Assembly (NCBI RefSeq): GCF_009914755.1
Contig: NC_060934.1
DNA length: 64,000 nucleotides
Reading direction: 5' to 3' (one strand)
From: the human T2T-CHM13v2.0 reference genome, Homo sapiens
How positions within the stretch are numbered: position 1 is the stretch's first letter; each line of letters begins with the position of its first letter. Of the stretch, positions 56,198 through 64,000 are shown one piece after another. The notes below the pieces were generated by a model. It made no database searches and had not been told where the DNA came from. It saw nothing but the letters and a program-made list of their open reading frames with translations. The position numbers and the translations under genes are program-made.

Positions 56198-59004
56198 GTA
56201 TGGTTTGATGTCAAGGTCTCCTCTATCTTATCAGAATACTTTACTTTGGGGAGAAAAAAAAAAGCATTGGCAAGTAGAGCATCAGCAGCAATAATAGCAT
56301 AAAAACTAATGTGATTCTTAAATTATTTCTTACTATGCAGTGATGGAGAAGTACAGCTAAAGTTGTTACAGCCTTATCTGTCAGCAGTTCATAGTCATGA
56401 TTGATGTACCACTCAGGAAAGTCAGGTGGTTAACAGTTGTCACTAATCTTTCAGTTACTTGATATTTATATAAGCATTTTATATTTTCCATAGTATTTTT
56501 ATGTTTTTTAAAACTCCTATGAAAAAGTAAGTTTTCTTATTAACTAAAAATTTTCTAGGACTAGCACCTGTCTGAGAAATATGCCTCTACTTGCAGGTAT
56601 AAGTTATATACTCTGCAAATGAGATCATAAGGAAAAACATGTATTCGAATTTTGAGAAAGAAACTGCTAGGGTTACAAATAGAGAAAGCAGCAGAACATA
56701 CTTTAGGTTGTTAAATATATTCAATGTTTTATAAATACAGAAACACATATATAAACACACACATCCACTGACTAACTTGAAAGTATTTCCAAAAGGGAAT
56801 TTGTTGATGAGGACACTAATTAAGTGATGAAGTTAAGAGGTTATTAGTTTTGTTTAGCAAATGTTTCTTGAGTCTCTGAAGTTTATTTTCTTCAGTAGAT
56901 ATTCCTGTTGCTTTGTGATCTCATTTTACCTTTAATTTCACAAAAATTGAAGCAAGCATTTCAACTCAGCCACTGTTTGAACCACTACGAATTGTAAATT
57001 GGTGATGTCTGTACTAATGAGATTTTATTGTCATAGAAATCTTGAGTATACAGAAAGGTTACGAGATTTATTGTAACCTTTATTTATTGGATTTATTGGT
57101 GAGAAATACATGTTTATTTTGGAAAATAAATTTAATTCTTAACCTCTTTGAAATGAACTTTCTTTTGAGTAGTTTTCCTTTGCTTTTATCCTTTTCCTGT
57201 GTGGTGAACAGCAAACAAAACATCTGAGTTCTGAGAGATTTCTTGACAGGAGACCTCCTACTTGTTCACATTGCTCATGTTCCTTTGGTTACCATATTTA
57301 CAAAGTTGTATCTTTTATTGATGACTGTTTTCTTTTCCACAAATTGGTAGTTTTCATTAAAGATCTCCTCACTCTAAATATTGCATCAGAAGTTTCAGGT
57401 TTATATTAGGAGAATGACAACATAGAATAATATTTAAAGTATTAATGGAGGTTAACATAAAATGATACCACTTAATCTAATTTAACTTGTTATAACTAAT
57501 GTTACACTTAAGAGATCAATACATTGTATTGACAGCATGCTCTTAAAAAGAGGAATTTGAACTACATGATAGCATTATAGTGTGTAGACTTCAAATGAAG
57601 TAAAAAAATTTTAAATTATATTTCCTTAATGAATGTGTTTTCAGCCAAAAACCACAATATTTTTAGTGGTAGATTTAAAATATGTTGCCTGTTTGATTAG
57701 ACAAATTGTCTATTTGACTTGCGTTTAAATAATAGTGTCTTTGGTTGGAAAAGTTGTAAGCAGTAGTACATTTGCTTCTTAGATGTATAATTGGGTTAGA
57801 TGTCTAATAGGATAATTGGTTCTATAAGCTTATAATTATATTTTTAGAAGTACTAGTGACTGTAAAGGACAAAACTCTTTCTTATGAGTGTGGGGTTTTT
57901 TTATTTACAAACTCTGTTGCCTGTTTATTTCTAACAGCCGGAAATAAAATGTCCTCAGATACAAGTTGTAAGTAGCTTCTACTCTGGGGTGATTTTTAAC
58001 ACAACTAGATAGCACGACCCCTCTACTGGCCAACTGAAAATTAAAGACATTGTGTATTATCTTGTTCTGTTAATTTTGGACAGAGTGGTAGCTTTAAAAG
58101 ACTTCTTTTCCAGGTATTTCAACAAGGAGAAAAACGTCTTTGAGGGAAAAGAAAGTCTTCTAATTTTATATATTAATAACATGAATTTGTGATTTGGTCT
58201 AGTTGTAGTAAAAAATGGTTGTACTTCCAGGCTCTCATCAGTATCAAGACAGTTTCATTCTTCTTTCTTTAAACTTTCTTCACCAATTTTTATTGTCTTC
58301 TTAATTGAAAAATTCTTGCATTCATAAAATTCAGCAATTGAATTTTGAATCTCTGCAAAATTTTTTTAAAGGATTGAATATAAGTATACATTTTTTATAG
58401 ATGGTCTAGAAAACTATTAGACACACCCAAATCATAAATCATTAACTGATTCATCTTACAGACCATATTGTTTAGTATATACATGTACTTTAATGACATA
58501 AATTTACATTTAAAAATAATTTTTATATCTTATTTAAAGTTTTCTATATCGAATTTGTATGTACTTTTGGAGTTTCAGGTAGATTTAGCTCTTGAGGGAT
58601 TTGGTTCTATAGTTTGTATGCCATTGTGGGACATTAAAAACTTGTATGCTTTGATCAAGGAAAATTTAGAAAATGGAGTCTTAAAAAATCTGATAACAGA
58701 GGACCTCATGCTATGTGAACTGCTATTTCTAGTATTTCACTATATCTTAACATCTTCAGTAACATGTTTTACCTTTTCTTTTGCCCCATTAATAATATAT
58801 TTAGCCCTTGAGGATATTAAGTATAACATGCCTTGCTAAATTTATGTTGCTTCAGGATTTAATTGATTTTATAACTCAAATATATGACTAGCATATCTGC
58901 TTAGTTGAATAAGCCTGCTTAACTGCTTTTTCATTTTTAGCCTATTTAGTTTACATTTGCTCCTAGCTTTTAATATCCTCAGGTGTTTCTTTGTGTCTCT
59001 GCAG

Positions 59005-59098
59005 ACGGTGTACTTGATCTGTCCACTAAGAAAAGTCCATGTGCTGGCAGCACTTCCCTGAGCCACTCTCCAGGCTGCTCCAGTACTCAAGGGAACGG
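59005..59098 (+). CDS. LCOR: LCOR coding exon (aa 80-111) with second CtBP motif VLDLS; its donor is the branch point shared with the PALI1 (LCOR-C10orf12) isoform
   Basis: ctctgcag|ACGGTGTACTTGATCTG...GGGAACGG|gtaagg; 94 nt, phase 1 to phase 2; reads DGVLDLSTKKSPCAGSTSLSHSPGCSSTQGN(G). Confidence 0.96.
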
Positions 59099-60171
59099 GT
59101 AAGGGAGAATATTTGTAGCCTTACACAGTTTCATATAGATAATTCATCAAAGGTTGATGCCAGTCTCCCTTTTACATTTTAAAAAATAACCCTTCTAAGT
59201 AAGTCATTTATAAATATGGACCATAGATCAAATAAAAATATAATCTGTGCAATGTAAAATTGGCTAGTACAGATGAGTTTTTGTCAGTTTAGTACAAATA
59301 GTAAATAACCATGAATATGGCAATTATTTCTTTGGACTTTTTGTTGTGGCATGTTTTGGAGTGTGATACTCAAATAATTCTAAAGTTTAGATGTAAAGAC
59401 AGTATTATGTGTGCTGAAGCTGTTTAATGAAAATTGAACTCCAATACTTGGTATCTCTAGTGGGGTTTGTGTGTGTGTGTGTGTGTTCATTTTTGTTTGT
59501 TTCTTTTGGGTTTGGTTTTGGTGATGGAGAACTGTACTTTGGCAGTTCAGAAAATGTAGTTTTCTGAAAGACTGATGGTAGATGTTGATGCATAACCATC
59601 TTAGGCTACCAAGACATTATTACTTGCTCAGTTTTGATAACTCTTAGGAGTCTAAAGTAAATTCTCTGACACCCTAATTTTATAGTATAAGAACTGTCTT
59701 CTCCCTATGTGTATCTGATAACCAACTAGAAAAGTCAGGTATTAATATTAAGACATTTAGATACCATGTTGAAAAAGCATTTCTATAAAACTGTGTGACA
59801 AAAAATCAACTTTAGATATGAAAAATAACTGGTAAGTTTAAATTAGCTAATACTTAGGCTTATTGAACTTTCAGATTATCAATGTGGGGGAGTTACTTAG
59901 ATATTAAAGGAACAAGTGGATGCTAAGTGGACTAACCTTTTCCAACTTACTGTTAACTACCTTCAAATAGAAGGATTCCTTTACAGACTTCTAAAATCTC
60001 CCTTTATTTTCTCTAAAATTCCAAAACTTTTCATTTCCAGAAAGTATTAATTTAATCCATTATGCGTACTAATCTTTTTCTTAACCCCTTCTTTTCACTA
60101 TGGTTTATACTAGATATAAGTCAGCATGTTCCCAAATCTTTGGGTTCTATTTATATATCAAAAAATACTTG

Positions 60172-60479
60172 AGCCGGGCGTGGTGGCTCAGGCCTGTAAT
60201 CCCAGCACTTTGGGCGGCTGAAGCGGGCAGATCACTTGAGGTCAGGAGTTCGAGACAAGCCTGGGCAACATGGCAAAACCCCGTCTCTACTAAAAATACA
60301 AAAATTGGCCAGGCATGGTGGTGTGCACCTGTAGTCCAGCTACTAAGGAGGCTGAGGTGGGACGATCGCTTGAGCCCAGAAGGTCACAGCTGCAGTGAGC
60401 CATGATCACAACACTGCACTCAAGCCTGGGTGACAGAGCCAGACCTTGTCTCCAAAACAAAACAAAACAAAACAAAAAA
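60172..60479 (+). mobile_element. AluJ
   Basis: Sense Alu, (CAAAA)n tail, TSD AAAA.ACTTGAG. Confidence 0.9.
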
Positions 60480-61552
60480 CACTTGAGTTGTGTAATTAAG
60501 GACACCTGTAGAAGTCCATGTGCAGTTTGCATAAACAAATCCTTTGCTTAAGATTCTCTGTAAACTTGGCTACCAGGTTCATGTATTATATGGTTGAAGT
60601 TGCTGTGTTTATCCCTCTGAATGGAAAGTGTTTTCTACTGGTTTTGTTTTATGGAAGAAAAATGCACCAATAGGATTGCCCATCTTTTAGTTGAATATTC
60701 AGTGTTATCCTTATTGTGTTACTGATGATAGTAGTCCCCATAGAGTTTTGTAGAACATAACTGGTTTATCATTTCTGCAAAGCCCTATTTTGTGCCTAAT
60801 TAATGTAATCATCCCCTTGGGCATGTTTTGCCACATGTCAGTCTTAATATTGATAATCTTTCTTATTGTGAAAGTCAAAACCTTACAAATTAACTTTGTC
60901 TAAGTAGTTGACTTTTTAAACATTGTTTGAAAGCCGTCCATTTGAAATTTCAAAATAGGTGTTTGGTATTTCAAGAAGGGAAGTTTTTTTTAAGCCAGAG
61001 AAAACTGCTAAAAAATTGTTTATATCCCTCTGACAGTAATTACTTTGAGTAGAACTTAAGGGGTAAATAAAGAGTAATTTCTTTTAAGCTTGGATTATTT
61101 CAAATGGAAAATCATGATACTCATGTATCTGCAACTAGTAGTGTTTTAAAATGAAGACGTGTGGTAAGTTATAATGCAGTGGGTCTTTTGGTTTGGTTTA
61201 TTTGGGAATTTTTTTTTCTCCCTTGGGGCTGTTAGCCATATATATGTATTCCCCCCCGCCCCCCAAGCAAAATAAGAAATGTTACTTGGAATTGTTTGAT
61301 TTTTGATGATGAATATCAACTTGTTTGTGGGATAAATGAGCAATTATTTATGGGTTCCAGTAATGTATATGGTTTCAGTTTTAACACTAGTTGTCATGAA
61401 TGTTGAATACATTGAATTAAAATAAATAATTTGGCTTACTCTTTTATTACTGTACTTGTTTAGTGGTAACGTCACATTGGCAACACAATTCTGTGTAGAT
61501 CTATGGAGACTGATGATTACTTTGTAATTAATAATTAAGATGCTATTTTCAG

Positions 61553-61612
61553 ACAGTTGCGCGAAACTTTTTCTCCGAAAATTTGTGAACCCAACCAGAG
61601 ACCAGCTGACAG
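61553..61612 (+). other. Candidate 60-nt in-frame cassette exon (QLRETFSPKICEPNQRPADR)
   Basis: ctattttcag|ACAG...GACAG|gtttaa; phase 2/2 matches the flanking exons; stop-free; weak donor. Confidence 0.35.
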
Positions 61613-61854
61613 GTTTAATTTTTCTTTGCCCAAAAAGCTCCTGATTTTTTTTCTTTTTCCTTTTTCCTTTTTTTGTGAACAAGTTTTAAAACTAACTGCT
61701 GAGACCATTTTTTTTTTAATTTTAGAGAAAAATAAATAAATAACACAAAGTGATGTTACCCAAGCAAGGCCTTCTAATAAAGGAGTGGTCCCCTCACCCA
61801 TCCCTCCCTACCTGTGCAAGTCCTGCTCACATCAGTTTCCTTCCATCCAATTAG

Positions 61855-62824
61855 GCGACCTGGGAGACCCAGCCAGTACCGCCCAGACGGACTTCGGAGT
61901 GGTGATGGGGTACCTCCAAGAAGCTTACAGGATGGAACCAGGGAAGGTTTTGGACACTCCACATCACTCAAAGTTCCACTGGCTCGATCCCTGCAGATTA
62001 GTGAAGAACTACTGAGCAGAAACCAATTGTCCACAGCTGCCAGCCTTGGGCCATCTGGATTACAGAATCATGGACAACACTTAATATTATCCAGGGAAGC
62101 CTCTTGGGCAAAACCACATTACGAGTTCAACCTCAGCCGTATGAAGTTCAGGGGAAATGGTGCACTCAGCAACATCAGTGACCTTCCTTTTCTTGCAGAA
62201 AACTCTGCCTTTCCAAAAATGGCACTTCAAGCAAAACAAGATGGAAAAAAGGATGTGAGCCATTCATCTCCTGTAGATTTAAAGATACCACAAGTTCGAG
62301 GAATGGATCTTTCTTGGGAGTCTCGCACTGGTGATCAGTACAGCTATAGCTCTTTGGTAATGGGTTCACAAACGGAGAGCGCGCTTAGTAAAAAATTAAG
62401 GGCTATTCTTCCAAAACAAAGTAGAAAAAGCATGTTAGATGCTGGACCCGATTCTTGGGGCTCAGATGCTGAGCAGTCTACCTCTGGACAGCCATATCCC
62501 ACATCGGATCAAGAAGGAGACCCTGGCTCCAAGCAGCCTCGGAAGAAAAGAGGGCGTTACAGACAGTACAACAGTGAGATACTGGAGGAAGCAATCTCAG
62601 TGGTTATGAGTGGAAAAATGAGTGTTTCCAAAGCTCAGAGTATTTATGGGATTCCCCACAGTACACTGGAGTACAAAGTAAAGGAGAGGCTGGGCACTTT
62701 GAAAAACCCTCCAAAGAAAAAGATGAAATTAATGAGGTCGGAGGGGCCAGATGTTTCTGTAAAGATTGAATTAGATCCCCAGGGAGAGGCAGCACAAAGT
62801 GCAAATGAATCAAAAAACGAGTAG
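61855..62824 (+). CDS. LCOR: LCOR terminal coding exon (aa 111-433): basic NLS KQPRKKRGR, pipsqueak-type helix-turn-helix, stop TAG
   Basis: Acceptor ccaattag|G at 61855; 238+94+970=1302 nt = 433 aa + stop; YRQYNSEILEEAISVVMSGKMSVSKAQSIYGIPHSTLEYKVKER is a psq HTH. Confidence 0.97.
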
Positions 62825-64000
62825 GAATACTGTAGAGTGCCAATTACTGTACAAACTGGGTGAGCACTACTGCATCATTGTTCAGCTATCATTGCTTGCA
62901 CGTAATTTCATTTACTGTGACACTTGCTTCTTTGCAGATTTTGCATTGACTTGTGTGTACAGAGATGAAATGTGCATTCTGAATGTTGCATATTTTAAAT
63001 TTTTCATGTGCAGTATGGCTCGGAATATGTTTGGCCTTTTGCATGTTTCTCTACAAAAGAGAATTGAGTTACCTCACAGAGAACAGATACATGGAAGTGG
63101 ACTCCTTGCCTGTAGAGCCTGCATGCTTTTTTGTTTTTTTTTGTTGTTGTTGTTTTTTCTTAAGTTATATTTGTTTTTACTTTTTAAAAAAGAAGAGGAA
63201 ACAAAGCCCCCTTTTAGAAACTACGTCTGTCATACTGGGAGCTTTATCACTGCAAATTGGAAAGCCATCTTATACAAAATTATTCACATTTTTCATCTAC
63301 GATTCAACTAATCGAAGGATTAAACTAAAGAAAAAACTAAGAAGAACAATGAACCTTTGACTTTGAGAAATTTGGTTATTCACTGACATAATTATTGGGT
63401 CATTTATAGTTACATTTTATAATTTTCTTCTCACTATTAAATTTATTTAAATTAGCAAGCTATTAGTGCTCACCCAGAGGGGAAGGTGGTGGAAAATGTG
63501 CACACACTACCTTCAGAAATGCTTCAGTTAATTACTTTGAACACTACCTTTGCTGTAATTTCATTTGAGATTTTCTAAGGGTAGAATTTGGTCTCACCAA
63601 CAAGTGAGGATATAGCCTTATCTCATGGAGGACGAGCTCCGTATTTACTCAGGAGCAGTCAGGGTACATTACATAAAACAATGGAGGATGCCTCATTTTA
63701 GCAAACTAGGTTTCTTTGTATTCTTCAGTCCTTTTACAGAATTGATGTGCTAACTGAATATCATTGCAGCAACTAGACTAAGATATTCAAGATCTCTTTA
63801 TTGGGGATGGGAGAAATAGGGAAAGAAATGTGTATAAGTAATTATGATATTGCAAAAGTGATACTTAGATTTTACAGCCTCAGTAGTCTGCCCAGTGTCC
63901 ACATTAATGAAGGATCCATGTTTGTAGTGAGAGAAAAAAACCCCAAGGTAACCCGATATGATTTAGGATGCATATCAGTTCTAACAATTCAATCAGAAGT
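62825..64000 (+). other. LCOR: LCOR 3' UTR (continues beyond the window)
   Basis: Repeat-free AT-rich sequence directly after the stop codon; I saw no AATAAA before the window end. Confidence 0.85.

Noticed and set aside
61814-61854. ORF track start (GTG) 5' of the terminal exon
   Set aside because: This is the intronic polypyrimidine tract; splicing at 61855 gives exactly 433 aa.
62731-62742. Possible internal donor GAG|GTCGGA giving a shorter C-terminus
   Set aside because: Weak site and no acceptor identifiable in the window; not supportable from this sequence alone.
62799-63360. 170-aa and 125-aa ORFs over the 3' UTR
   Set aside because: Low-complexity U-rich translation, out of frame with LCOR, no recognisable domain.

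Overview
Primate (very likely human) genomic DNA covering the middle and 3' part of LCOR (ligand-dependent nuclear receptor corepressor) on the + strand. Three coding exons (55960-56197, 59005-59098, 61855-62824) splice to a 1302-nt ORF: the 433-aa LCOR with an LSKLL NR box, PLDLT/VLDLS CtBP motifs and a pipsqueak-type HTH. About 1.2 kb of 3' UTR follows. The main finding concerns three upstream exons (14181-14246, 14584-14663, 51015-51147) plus the first 50 nt of the ATG exon, which I recall being treated as 5' UTR. They splice into a stop-free, Met-free ~110-codon frame continuous with the LCOR ORF. Its translation closely resembles the N-terminus of the paralog LCORL, including a DW...CxxC motif. 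This suggests a hidden N-terminal domain whose start lies upstream of the window, overlaid by out-of-frame uORFs. There is also a candidate 60-nt frame-preserving cassette exon at 61553-61612. The introns are dense with repeats: about 31 Alus (mostly antisense), a full-length antisense SVA, a full-length Tigger1, an HMGN2 processed pseudogene at a re-used insertion site, nested L1/MaLR/MER44, and several small templated duplications. Family names and homologies come from recall of consensus sequences, not from database searches. Exon coordinates were read base by base; repeat boundaries are approximate unless a target-site duplication (TSD) is quoted.
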